NCBI GenBank assembly: GCA_963699015.1
Contig: CAVOSX010000008.1
Span: forward strand, 241,804 to 305,803
Length of the DNA stretch: 64,000 nucleotides
From: an uncultured Actinomycetes bacterium
GTDB taxonomy: Bacteria; Actinomycetota; Actinomycetes; Streptosporangiales; Streptosporangiaceae
Direction: 5' to 3'
A model generated the notes under the pieces. The model saw only the letters and a program-made list of their open reading frames with translations. It did not search any database and was not told the origin of the DNA. Below are positions 8,460-18,488 of this stretch, piece by piece (the stretch's first letter is position 1; every line of letters starts with the position of its first letter). A program made the translations under genes and the position numbers.

Positions 8460-9944
8460 AGTCGATGAGGAAGAATCAAATGAAGGCGCAGGTTCCTCAG
8501 ATCACTCACTACGTGGTGCTCGGCATTGCCTTCATCCTCGCCGCGGCCACCCTCAGCATTGCGCCGCCCTCTCGCGCGGCCACTTCGGCGGCCTTCAACG
8601 TCGCCACCGGGACGTCGTCGCCGGACTGGACGACGTACATGCAGGGCAACGATCGCTCCGGTTTCGCCACCGGTGAAAGCGGGTTCAATCCGACATCGGT
8701 CAAGAATCTGCACCTGGCGTGGCGGGCCTCTGATACCGCGCCGAACCATGGCGTGTTCTCGCAACCGGTCGTGTCGAACGGACTGGTCTACTGGGGATCG
8801 TTCGACGGCAGCGAACGCGCGACGCACTACCGCCGGGAAGCTGGTGTGGCAGACGAACCTGGGAACTACGAGCCCGCCGGCCTGCACCGACCCCTCGGAA
8901 GCCGGCGTCGCGAGCACTCCGACGGTCACGACTGACGTTCCGGTTGGGACCGCGACGTCAGTCCTGTACGTCGGCGGCGGCAATTCGAAGGTGTACGCGC
9001 TGAACGCGGCCACCGGCGCGGTGCTGTGGTCTCACTCGGTCGGGGGGAACCCGAATACGTTCGTGTGGTCGTCGCCGGCCGTGTTCGGCAACAGCGTCTA
9101 CATCGGCGTCGCCTCCTTCGGGACCTGCCCGGCTGGTCCAGGGTCGACTCCTGCAGCTCAACCGGGTCACCGGTGCGCTGCAGCACACGTTCAACGTTGT
9201 TCCCAACGGCTGCATCGGCGGTGGCGTGTGGGGCTCGCCGACGATCGATGCAGCCGCGGGCACCATCTACTTCGACCACGGGCAACCCCGCCGGTCCAGG
9301 CGTCCGGAGAACCCCTGCGGCAGCAGCGAACACTGGCCCCGGCGAGTGATCGAGGTGCGCGCTTCTGACCTGAGCCTGGTGGGCTCGTGGACGATGCCCG
9401 CGGCGCAGCAGGGATGCTGCGGCGACGGCGACTCGGGCGCGACGCCGACGTTGTTCAACGGCGTCATCGGCGGGCAGTCGCAGCCTCTGGTCGGGTCGAT
9501 CAATAAGAACGGCATCTTTTACGCGTTCGAGCGGGACGCGCTGTCGTCCGGACCGGTGTGGAGCGCCCGCATCGCGACAGGCGGCGACAATCCAACGACT
9601 GGAAATCCGGCGACGTTGCGCCCGCGGCGTTGGACGGCACGACGCTGTACGTCGGCGGTGATACCAAGAAGAACTGCTCGGGTTCCGTGAGTGCCTTGAA
9701 TCCGTCCACCGGTGCCTTCATCTGGCGGCACTGCTTCGCGGAGGGCCCGGTGCTGGGCGCGGTGACCGTCGACTTCCGGCGGCGTCGTCATCGGTGGGGG
9801 AAGGCAACGACATCGCGGTCCTGTCAGCGGCGACCGGAGCGTCACTGTTCACCTTCACCGGCACAGGCCCGTTCTGGGGTCCTTCCTCCGTCGCCGGCAG
9901 CGCGCTGTATGAGGGCGACATGTCAGGCAACCTCTACGCGCTGA
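8426..9944 (+). pseudogene. PQQ-like beta-propeller repeat protein (BamB/YxaL-like), disrupted by at least three frameshifts
   Basis: Four consecutive ORFs in frames 2, 0, 1 and 0 (8426-8935, 8526-9368, 9226-9690, 9558-9944). The first carries a signal peptide. All carry propeller-blade signatures (GLVYWGSFDG, SVLYVGGGNSKVYALNAATGAVLW, GTIYFDHG, GTTLYVGGDTKKN...ALNPSTGAFIW). Confidence 0.6.
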
Positions 9945-10117
9945 CGACGAACTAGGAGACCGCTGAACAAGGGTGGTTAGGGCGGGGGAGAGCCGGTAAT
10001 GACCGTGTGCGGTAGCGAGCATGGCCGTGGTGGGCGAGGAGCGTGGTCGCTCTTCTCGGTTAAGGCCAGCCTGGCAGTTGGCGGGCTGGCTGCAAGGTGT
10101 GCGGTGCCTGCTGGAGC

Positions 10118-10400
10118 TCAGGCAAGCTGCTCGCCGGCGATGATCCCGGTCTCCGGGCCGTCGGCCACGTGGACGCGGTAGCCGTCGCAGCGGCTCTGCG
10201 GCGACTTGCGGGCGTGCCGGGTCTCAGGGTCCACGACGGAGATCACCCGGTCCGCGGCGACCTTGCGGGCGATCCGCCATCGCTCGTCAGTCCCGTTGCT
10301 GCCCTCCGCAGGCTCGACATCCGGCCCGGAGATCAGCGCCAGCAACGCTGGCGGTCGCGGGGCCGGTCTTGGTGTCGGTGAAGGTGACCCAGCCTGACGC
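10118..10400 (-). mobile_element. internal fragment of a DDE transposase (IS5/IS1182-like); remnant, no terminal repeats seen
   Basis: Translated segment VISVVDPETRHARKSPQSRCDGYRVHVADGPETGIIAG matches the conserved D-P-[DE]-x-R-x-G-x-K...G-Y-K/R-x-H block around the second catalytic Asp of IS5-family transposases. The flanking sequence is non-coding junk. Confidence 0.5.
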
Positions 10401-10695
10401 CGCCGTGATGGTACCGCCGGGCTGGATAGTCCAGGTAGTCGCGGCCAGCGCCGCCGGGACTCCTGGGGCTGCCACGAGGACCGCCTCACCGCTAGCAGCC
10501 AGGATGCGCGCGTACCGGTTCCTCATTACCGTCAACCTTCCGGGCTTGCCATCGGGGCCTGGGCACCAGAAGCAACGTCAGCTTGTCCCCAGCGCGGCAG
10601 CAGGCCAAGGAGCGCGGGGGCGACACCAGCGGGCGAACGTTGCCTGTCGCGGCGCCAGGTCGGGAACGGCGGCTGCCGGGGGAAGCGGGGAGCCG

Positions 10696-11859
10696 GTGCG
10701 TAGGCTGCGTGGTGTGCGATTTCGCGACTTCAGGCTCGAACGGTATTTCGCCGAGTGGGAGTTCAGCGCGAAGATCCTGCTCGGCAGCAGCGACCCCGAG
10801 TCGATGCGCCTGTCCGAGTTGCTCGCGCTGGCGGACGAGGACGGCCGCCGCCGCTGGGAGGAACTGTGGCTCGGTTACACCGAGTCGACCGGGCTGCCTG
10901 CGCTGCGCGAGGCGATTGCGGGCCAGTTCGCGGACTCCGAGCCTGCCGATGTCCTGGTCTTCAGCGCCCCGGAGGAGGCGATCTTCCACGTCGCCGCTGC
11001 CGTGCTGGAGCCCGGTGACCACATGGTGGGCATCACCCCGGCCTACCAGTCGTCGTATGAGATCCCGCGCTCGGTGGGGGCGCAGATCACGCTCGTGCCG
11101 CTGCGCGAGGACCGGGGCTGGGCCCTGGACACCGACGAGCTCGCGGCCGCCCTGACCGCGCGCACCAAATTGATCTACATCAACTTCCCGCACAACCCGA
11201 CGGGCGCCGTGCTGAGCGCCGCCGGGCAGCGGCGTGTAGTCGAGCTGGCCGACTCGTGCGGTGCCTACCTGTTCAGCGACGAGGTGTACCGGGGGCTCGA
11301 GCTTGATCCCGCGGACCGGCTGGCAGCCGCAGCTGACCTGCATCCGCAGGCCATCAGCCTAGGAGGCCTGTCCAAGGCCTATGGTCTGCCGGGGGTGCGG
11401 CTGGGCTGGACGGTGTGCCGCGACGCCGGCCTGAACCGGCGGATGCAGGCGGCCAAGGACTTCACCACGATCTGCGCCTCGGCGCCGAGCGAGGTGCTCG
11501 CCCTGATCGCGGTCCGCGCCGCCGATCGTCTCATCGGCCGGGCGCTGGACGGCATTACGCGCAATCTCCGTCTGGTCGATGAGTTCGTGCGCCAGCGGGC
11601 AGACGCGGTGCGCTGGGTGCGCCCGCGGGGCGGCAGTGTCGGCTTCCCCGAGTTGCTGGTCAACATGCCGGTTGCCGCGTTCTGCGAGCGGCTGGTCAGG
11701 CAGCACGGCGTCCTGCTGGTCCCAGGGGAGATGTTCGAGGTAGAGACCAATCACTTCAGGATCGGGCTGGGCCGGGCCAGTCTGCCGGCCGGGCTTGCGA
11801 CGCTGGCAGACTTCGTGGACCAGCTCGACGCGGGGACGGGTCGAGGTGTGGTGCCCTGA
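10696..11859 (+). CDS. pyridoxal-phosphate-dependent aminotransferase, class I/II fold
   Basis: RFRDFRLERYFAEWEF N-terminus typical of this subfamily. NFPHNPTG motif. PLP-lysine motif SKAYGLPGVRLGW. Start assigned to GTG 10696 (alternative GTG 10714). The ORF is open further upstream only because of high GC. Confidence 0.85.
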   Translation: MRRLRGVRFRDFRLERYFAEWEFSAKILLGSSDPESMRLSELLALADEDGRRRWEELWLGYTESTGLPALREAIAGQFADSEPADVLVFSAPEEAIFHVAAAVLEPGDHMVGITPAYQSSYEIPRSVGAQITLVPLREDRGWALDTDELAAALTARTKLIYINFPHNPTGAVLSAAGQRRVVELADSCGAYLFSDEVYRGLELDPADRLAAAADLHPQAISLGGLSKAYGLPGVRLGWTVCRDAGLNRRMQAAKDFTTICASAPSEVLALIAVRAADRLIGRALDGITRNLRLVDEFVRQRADAVRWVRPRGGSVGFPELLVNMPVAAFCERLVRQHGVLLVPGEMFEVETNHFRIGLGRASLPAGLATLADFVDQLDAGTGRGVVP

Positions 11860-11973
11860 CGTGCGGCCATGCGAATCGAGTGCGGTGGCGGAACAGGTCC
11901 GGCAGCGCGCCGGAGCCCGGGTGGGCTGATTTGCCGCCGACGCCGCGACGAACTAGAGTGACTACGCACTCGA

Positions 11974-12050
11974 CGCGGGGTGGAGCAGTTCGGTAGCTCG
12001 CTGGGCTCATAACCCAGAGGTCGCAGGTTCAAATCCTGCCCCCGCTACCA
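11974..12050 (+). tRNA. initiator tRNA-fMet (anticodon CAT)
   Basis: CGCGGGGTGGAGCAGTTCGGTAGCTCGCTGGGCTCATAACCCAGAGGTCGCAGGTTCAAATCCTGCCCCCGCTACCA. C1:A72 mismatch and three consecutive G:C pairs in the anticodon stem are diagnostic of bacterial initiator tRNA. Encoded CCA end. Confidence 0.85.
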
Positions 12051-12066
12051 GGTAAGTAGCACGTCA

Positions 12067-12099
12067 GAGGCCCGGAGGATGGTTCCCCGGGCCTCTTTC
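12067..12099 (+). terminator. intrinsic terminator hairpin after tRNA-fMet
   Basis: GAGGCCCGG-aggatggttcc-CCGGGCCTC followed by TTTCG; a 9-bp perfect stem. Confidence 0.55.
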
Positions 12100-13306
12100 G
12101 CGCCCGCGAACAGGGCGGTTGTAAAACGGATTTGTAAACGGGCCGGTCGTCACGCCGCCTCTCCCTCATCTCCGGAGCAGATCTGCTCCGTAGTGTCCAC
12201 GGAGACGAGCAGCCGCCGACGATCAGTTCGGCGAGCACGCTGGCGACCTGGCGATCCGCCTCCAGGTCGGTGTGCACGTATTGCCCTCATGTGAATGCCA
12301 CATCGGCGTCGCCGATCCGTGCACTGAGTGCCTTCCAGTCGATCTTCGCGGTGAGCCCACTTCCAGGACACGAAGTCTTCCCACGCACGGTGGAGCATCC
12401 TGCGCGCGTTGAGAACTGTCTTCGGCTCCCGGCCAGCCGACGGGAATTGCGGGGTACGGCCAGCCCGGTAGCGGCGCAGCGCTGGCCGCGCAGCCTGCGG
12501 GAGTAGCGCAAGCTTAGGTTTGGGGAGTTGCGGAGGGAGCGATAGTGGTGTACCAGTAGCCACTCGCGAGATTCCCCGCCGCCGGCAGCAGGAACCACGC
12601 TGACAATCGGTACATTTTGCGCCGCTCCTGGTCAGTTCCCGCCTGATGACCGAGCGAGAGCAGAACGAGGCCGATGCCGAGCTGGAAGCCGCCAGCGGCA
12701 GCACGCGTGACTCCACAGACGCGGAGGTGGCGGTACTCCCATGGCGAGATGAAGCGCTGCAAGCCCGGTCGCGGGGGAGAGAGCCACCACTCGCGCAGGC
12801 CTTTCGCAGCGGCGTTGTCGTTGGGTGCGTTCATCGGGATGCCTTCCCTATCTGCTAGACCTGGCCAGTTTCCCAGCCAGCAGCCACAGGTTCGCTCGTC
12901 CGCCAGATCCGCGGCAGGGGTCGGTCTACCCCTTTTGCGGCGCTGCCATGGGCACGATGAAATCATCCACACCGCCGCACGCCGGACGGAAAGGAGCAGC
13001 CAAGGTCCCTCAGACCGAGTTAGCCGGTGGCAGATGCCTGGCCTTCACCAGGCGCGGGATTATCAGCCCTCTGCGGGAGCCGTCTTCTCGGCGTATCAGT
13101 GTCCCGGTCACGGTCGCCGCATCAGGGGCGCCTTCGGCTTCGCACACGATCGCTTCGCCACCCCGGACTCGGTGACCGTTCCCCAGGGATCCGGCGCCTG
13201 CGATGCTGACGGCGAAACTAGTGCCGCAACTGCCTGCGTTCGCCTCGCCATCGCCAGCGAACATGCGTCGTTGACACGGGCTTGAGACGCTTATGTACTG
13301 CACACC

Positions 13307-13663
13307 ATGACGGACACAGCAGAATCCCCAGTCACTATGATCCCCGTCACCGGCGCGTTCGAGCTGCCCGGCATGAGGGTGGAACGGAATCTCGGCATCA
13401 CGTTCGGCCTGGTCGTGCGGTCCATGGGCTTCAGCAAGGCCGTCACCGGCGGGATATCATCGCTGCGCCAGGGTGAGGTCTCGCAGTTCACGGTGGTCCT
13501 TGAGGACGCCCGCAGGCATGCGATCGACCGGATGATCGAGAATGCGAGGCTGCTGGGCGCCAACGCGGTGATCGCGATGCGTTTCGACTCCTCAGAGATC
13601 GGCAAGGCTCGCGCTGAGGTCGTCGCCTACGGCACCGCGGTGGTTGCCGCCCCGTCAGCGTAG
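13307..13663 (+). CDS. YbjQ family (UPF0145/DUF74) protein
   Basis: 118 aa. TGAFELPGMRVERNLGITFGLVVRSMGF...LGANAVIAMRFDSSEIG...VVAYGTAVV matches the YbjQ fold signature end to end. Confidence 0.8.
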   Translation: MTDTAESPVTMIPVTGAFELPGMRVERNLGITFGLVVRSMGFSKAVTGGISSLRQGEVSQFTVVLEDARRHAIDRMIENARLLGANAVIAMRFDSSEIGKARAEVVAYGTAVVAAPSA

Positions 13664-13898
13664 CGATGCCCGCGCATGACCCGCAGCCGGGCGATTCGGG
13701 ACCGGGTGCCTCGCGGCCAGTTGGCGGCCTCCGTCGAAGCCCGGCTCAAACACGAGGCGTCCCACTGTCCACGCCATGCCCATCGTTACCCGAACGGACG
13801 GCCAATCGCGGAGCGTAGCGGTCAATCAGAGACGCGTGAATCGACGCCCGGACCTGCAATCAGCCGCGGTCGCGCTCGAAGAACCGCGGGTACGGTAG

Positions 13899-14738
13899 CT
13901 ACCGATCAGAAGGTCGCGCGGGCGGTGTAGTTCCTGGCGCTGCGGCCGAAGCAAGCACGACCGGTACCATTCCGGTCCTGGTGTAACGCCACCGCACGAC
14001 CTGAATCTCAGTGACGAGCACGTCGGCCACCTTCAGGTCGCGGCGCGCCGCGACCCAGTCGATCAGGTCCTGCGCGCTGCGGACCGGGCCGGTGAAATAG
14101 GCCAGGTTGACGTACCAGATATCGGGCCGATGCCGGTACCGCCCGTCGGCACCCAGCGCTACGCCGAACGCGTCAGCAAGATCGTCGGCCGCCGTGCCCG
14201 CCGGGCTGGCGCAAGCCATCACCGACAGCGGCGTCAAGGTCAGGCCGGTCACAGTGAACCGTACCGGGCCGATGCCGCGAACCGCCGTCCGCAAAGCCGC
14301 CGCGTACCGGGCCACCCGCGGGTCAGCAGCCGCCACCTGCGTCCGGTAGGGCTCCAGCACGCGAAGAGTCAGGTGCGAGCGGGACGCTGCCCCGGCCAGC
14401 CAGTGATTATCTCCGATGACGGCGGCCGCGGCCGCCGCGACGTGCTCGATGGCCTGGGCCGCGAGCCGATCCGGCCGCATCGCCACCCCCATTCCCCACC
14501 GCGGGCCGTTCTCGGCAGGCGCGGCCTGCCGCTGCTGGATGCCGCTGAGCAAGGCTTGCGCTCCCGCCGCGAACAGCCGGTCAAACCGGGTCTCCCCTGT
14601 CATCCGCCGCGCTGGCTCGGGAAGAGGCTCGGGTAGCAAGGCCACGATCGCAGTTATAGCCGAACACCCGCGCGCCGGAGCTGCCAGCCGCCCGGTACCA
14701 CCGCTGAATGCTTCGGCTGTACCCCCGATCTGGACCAT
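13899..14738 (-). CDS. hypothetical protein (one H-x-T-x motif, possible degenerate 2H-phosphoesterase-like)
   Basis: 279-aa ORF with good GC3. A single HLTL motif; the second H-x-[TS]-x motif of 2H enzymes was not found, so function is left open. The real start may be the internal ATG near 14604. Confidence 0.3.
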   Translation of the reverse strand: MVQIGGTAEAFSGGTGRLAAPARGCSAITAIVALLPEPLPEPARRMTGETRFDRLFAAGAQALLSGIQQRQAAPAENGPRWGMGVAMRPDRLAAQAIEHVAAAAAAVIGDNHWLAGAASRSHLTLRVLEPYRTQVAAADPRVARYAAALRTAVRGIGPVRFTVTGLTLTPLSVMACASPAGTAADDLADAFGVALGADGRYRHRPDIWYVNLAYFTGPVRSAQDLIDWVAARRDLKVADVLVTEIQVVRWRYTRTGMVPVVLASAAAPGTTPPARPSDR

Positions 14739-15104
14739 GCCAGTAAGAAGCCGCAGGCGATGAGCAGCAGTTCGAGCAGCAGCAACGCCGCCGTACCACC
14801 TCGGACGGCATCACATGGAACGAGCGGCGTCAGTGCTGCCAGACCGAGAACTCGGACGCATTCGTATGGTCTCGACCGTGATCGGATCTGTCTCTTAATT
14901 CGCGGGTCTCGCGCAGCACCACCGTCGACGGGCCCGCTACACCTTGGTCGAGTCCCGGGACGGCACCCGCTGGTCGGTGGTCCCCAGCCCCCGAGTCAAC
15001 CGGGCGTGGCAGTCGGTAGGCATCGGCGAGGTACTGGCGGTAGGCGAGCTGGTGCTTGGCTGCGCCGGACGTGATTCCGTTACCCGTCGCATGATGCGAT
15101 GGGC

Positions 15105-15371
15105 TTAGCCGTCTTGCCCTCGCTCGCGTGGCAGGCGGTATTGCGCGGCGTCAGCGTCGGGTTCAATGCGCAGGCCGTCCAGGTCGCGGATGACGTCGAG
15201 GAGGCGTTCGTCTGCGTAGCGTTCGAGGTAGATGGTGACGTCCCAGGCGTCGGCGTTGGCGTCGATGATGATACGGCGGATGTTGTCGGGCTGCTCTTCG
15301 ATGACGCCGGCGTCGTGCAGCGCCTGGGCGAGCTGACTGGGCAGGATGCGTGCGCGGCGTGCATGGGTCAT
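15105..15371 (-). CDS. hypothetical small protein (about 88 aa)
   Basis: MTHARRARILPSQLAQALHDAGVIEEQPDNIRRIIIDANADAWDVTIYLERYADERLLDVIRDLDGLRIE... with very high GC3 in this frame. No family recognised. Confidence 0.35.
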   Translation of the reverse strand: MTHARRARILPSQLAQALHDAGVIEEQPDNIRRIIIDANADAWDVTIYLERYADERLLDVIRDLDGLRIEPDADAAQYRLPRERGQDG

Positions 15372-16788
15372 GTAGTCAGCCTGCCCGCGCCAAAGGCTCT
15401 GAAAGCCACCCATAGCGGGCAGCCGTCGGCCGACGCGATCGCGGCGACCCGCACCGCGGGCAGGCCGGCGGTAATACTTCGCGGCGGCTGAGGTCTACGG
15501 TGGCTGGCGAGTGCGGGCCAGCTTGTGCTCCGCGGCTGGAATCTGGCACTCGATGGTCCTCCGACGGCTGGGGCCCGGCACGACTGCCGGGCGGAACCGG
15601 GTCTGATCTTGCGGCCGCGCAGATCAGGATGTGATCACGATGGACTGACCGACCGGGGTCGCGGCCATGGCGGCGTTCGCGGCACGGCCTGGCCAACGCT
15701 GTACGGCCTGGCCAATGCGGACGGGTTCTGAGCACTGTCAACCTCTGGGCAGGGAGGCAGACCCGCTGGGCTTCGGGGGCGGGCTCCGGGGTGACTCTCC
15801 ATGATCATGCGCGCTACAAGGCCGTTCTAGCCCGGACGTACGGGACCGTCACGCCGATCTCGAACCGAACCGCATGGACATCTGAAGTAAACTCGAGGAC
15901 ACTCCACTCCGAGTCACCACGGGCCCGCCCGGAGGTACGAACGAGGACCAGGGCCTGCGACTCGCAGTGACTCGCGTGATCGTACCCAGCTCATGCGGTC
16001 GGCGGCGGGCGGTACCGCAGGAGAAGAGATCATGACCGCGATCAGGGCAGTGAGCATTGCGCCTCGTCAGAGTGCTTCACAACAAAATGGCCTGCCCCAG
16101 CTTGTGCCTTATGTGTACAGGCAGCAGGCGCGCCGCAATAGCTATGCCGCGCGCATAGCCCGGCGGAATGTCCAAGGAGCGGGCCAGCCACCTGCCGCTT
16201 TGCCCCGGCCGAGGGTCACTGGGCCGCAGGCTCCGACAGGAACTACCGCGCAGGTTAACCTCGTCGACTCAGCCGGCGGCTGGGCCGAGATTCTCACGGT
16301 TGCTCACGGCGCGCTTCACCGTGCTGACCTGGAACGGCGTCGGTCCTAGCGGGCGCGGGATCCCCTCCTCGGCACAGCCTGCATTGACGGCGGCCTGGAC
16401 CACCGGGAGCAACCACGGGGCCGTCCACCGGTGACGCCCGTCCCGGGTTCTCAATTCCACCCACGCTCCAAGGCAGCGCCTTGCGGCGCCGCTGGCCCGG
16501 CGGTAGGCACGTCGGCCACGCGCCGCACGTGACACGACTAAGGTTGGCTCACGTGGCGGGCAAGGGTCCTGCTTCCGCCGTCTTCCTTAGCTCCCCACCG
16601 CCCAGCTCGCAGTCGCCGTGTCCACGGCGGCGCTCCGAGTCGTCACTGCGTGATGGCTTCGCCAGCCCGGACCCGCGTCCGCTCACCGGAATTGCCGACT
16701 GCGACTAAGACGCGGAAATCAGGCGCCGGAGCTTGGCCGTGACCATGACGCGGCTATCACGGTAGCGAGCATGAAGGGAGGCCGACGA

Positions 16789-17715
16789 ATGACACGACTA
16801 CCAGAATCTGGTGCACGTCGTTACGGCAAGGTTTTTGATGAGATCGCGACCGAATACGACCGCCGCCGTCCGGCTTATCCTGACGAGCTCATCGACCAGG
16901 CCTGTCAGGTCGCGGGGATCGGGCGCGGTGATCATGTTCTTGAGGTCGGGTGTGGAAGCGGCCAGCTGACGCGCGGCCTTGTCGCTCGGGGCCTGCACGT
17001 GACAGCACTCGAACCAGGCAAGAACCTGATAGCCCTGGCCAGGCAGAACCTGGAAGGTCCTGGGGAGGTTGAATTTACGAACGCTCAGTTTGAGGATGCA
17101 TCGCTTCCCCGCGGGAAGTTTCAGGCCGTGTTCTCTGCGTCCGCGTTTCACTGGATTGACCCTAAGGTCAGCTGGCAGCAGGCCGCCGACGTACTTGTTC
17201 CGGGTGGAACGCTCGCCCTGGTGCAATACTGCGGACTTGACGAGCCGCGTAGCAGGCGAGATCAGGAAGCAGCACTCGCTGCCGTGAGAAAAGTCGCCCC
17301 GCACATCGCCGCTCATTGGCCGAACTACAGGGATCTCGACGCAACGCTCGCTGGGATGGAGCAACGCCGCGGAAACGTCTCAGAGGTATGGGCTTGGCTC
17401 GGTAGCTACGACATAGGGCAAGATTATGCCGGCCGCTTGTTCGGTGATGTTCAGATGGCAGTCATGCCAAAGCTCATAGAGCAGACTCCGGACGAACTCA
17501 ATGCTCTCGTTAGCACGATGTCATTTTACGCTCGTCTTTCACCGGGCCAGCGTAACGCCCTCGAGCGTGAACACGAGGCCATTTATGAACGACTCGGGCG
17601 GCCGATTCGCGTCGGCATTGTTGCAGTTCTCGTCACGGCACGGCGCAGTACCGAGCGAGATGATAACCACGCGTCGCCTCAGGATACGCCGCCACCCCTA
17701 AGAAAAGTCTTTTGA
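16789..17715 (+). CDS. class I SAM-dependent methyltransferase
   Basis: Motif I VLEVGCGSGQLT, acidic residue after beta2 (LEPG), post-I motifs. Strong RBS gaagggagg before ATG 16789. Local GC is distinctly lower than surrounding genes. Confidence 0.8.
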   Translation: MTRLPESGARRYGKVFDEIATEYDRRRPAYPDELIDQACQVAGIGRGDHVLEVGCGSGQLTRGLVARGLHVTALEPGKNLIALARQNLEGPGEVEFTNAQFEDASLPRGKFQAVFSASAFHWIDPKVSWQQAADVLVPGGTLALVQYCGLDEPRSRRDQEAALAAVRKVAPHIAAHWPNYRDLDATLAGMEQRRGNVSEVWAWLGSYDIGQDYAGRLFGDVQMAVMPKLIEQTPDELNALVSTMSFYARLSPGQRNALEREHEAIYERLGRPIRVGIVAVLVTARRSTERDDNHASPQDTPPPLRKVF

Positions 17716-18129
17716 GGGTTGGCCAGGGTTTTTCTCCCAGAAGGCTTCACAGTTCTCGGCATCGAGGTCAACGGTCCAGATCCGGTCCGCTTGCCCGTCC
17801 GGGCGAAGACGGAGGGTATATACCGCGAGGTTGTCGAACCGGTCGCCACCGGGCGCTGTTCCGGTCTCACGGATCAGGCAGATGGCCATGCGGTCATCGG
17901 CGTAGACGCAATGGCCGTCCTGGTTAAAGGTATCGCCGAAGAACCCCGCGAACTCCATGAGCATGAGCGCCATGTCGTCCTTGCCGCGGGCGCGGTGCCA
18001 GGGCCCGGCGCCAGGGCCGTTTTCTATCAGGATGTCGTCGGCGTAGAAGTCGAAAGCGGGTGCGTAGTCGCCTTTCCGGACCGCATCGAGCACGGACTGG
18101 GTGCGATCGAAGTTCGGGTGATTGGCCAT
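17698..18129 (-). CDS. NTF2-like / SnoaL-like small protein
   Basis: 143 aa. Composition and length typical of the NTF2 fold (…DFYADDILIENGPGAG…HCVYADDRMAICLIRETG…). Call made by overall similarity only. Confidence 0.5.
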   Translation of the reverse strand: MANHPNFDRTQSVLDAVRKGDYAPAFDFYADDILIENGPGAGPWHRARGKDDMALMLMEFAGFFGDTFNQDGHCVYADDRMAICLIRETGTAPGGDRFDNLAVYTLRLRPDGQADRIWTVDLDAENCEAFWEKNPGQPSKDFS

Positions 18130-18488
18130 TTTGCGCCTCCACAGTCTCCTTGTACTAGCTAATGATCTGAACGAGCCGACCCGCGATGCAGGCTCATGTC
18201 GTCAGTTGCGGAGGGGCTAGGAGCAGCCATTGCGCTAAGCGTGCACTAGCAATCAAGGCCGCCCCTCCCAGCCCCCGGCAGAGCGTGACCCGAATCCCGC
18301 AAAGCGATTCACTACACGTAGTCATCCCCCGGCCCTTGCGAAAGCAAGGGCTCATGGAGATCTCAACGGACTGTGGCCGAGCTCACGTGGAGACCGGATG
18401 GAGATCGCGTGGAGATTCGCCACCGCGGCGCCCGGTTCTCCGGTTGCCCAACGTGAGCATGGTGGGACCGATGCCCCGATGTCTGTGG

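Noticed and set aside
12050-13300. Integrase or other island genes immediately after tRNA-fMet
   Set aside because: All six frames give short, low-complexity ORFs with poor codon statistics. No integrase-like motifs (R…HxxR…Y) were seen.
13899-14738. 2H phosphoesterase / RNA ligase LigT call
   Set aside because: Only one of the two required H-x-[TS]-x motifs is present. Left as hypothetical.
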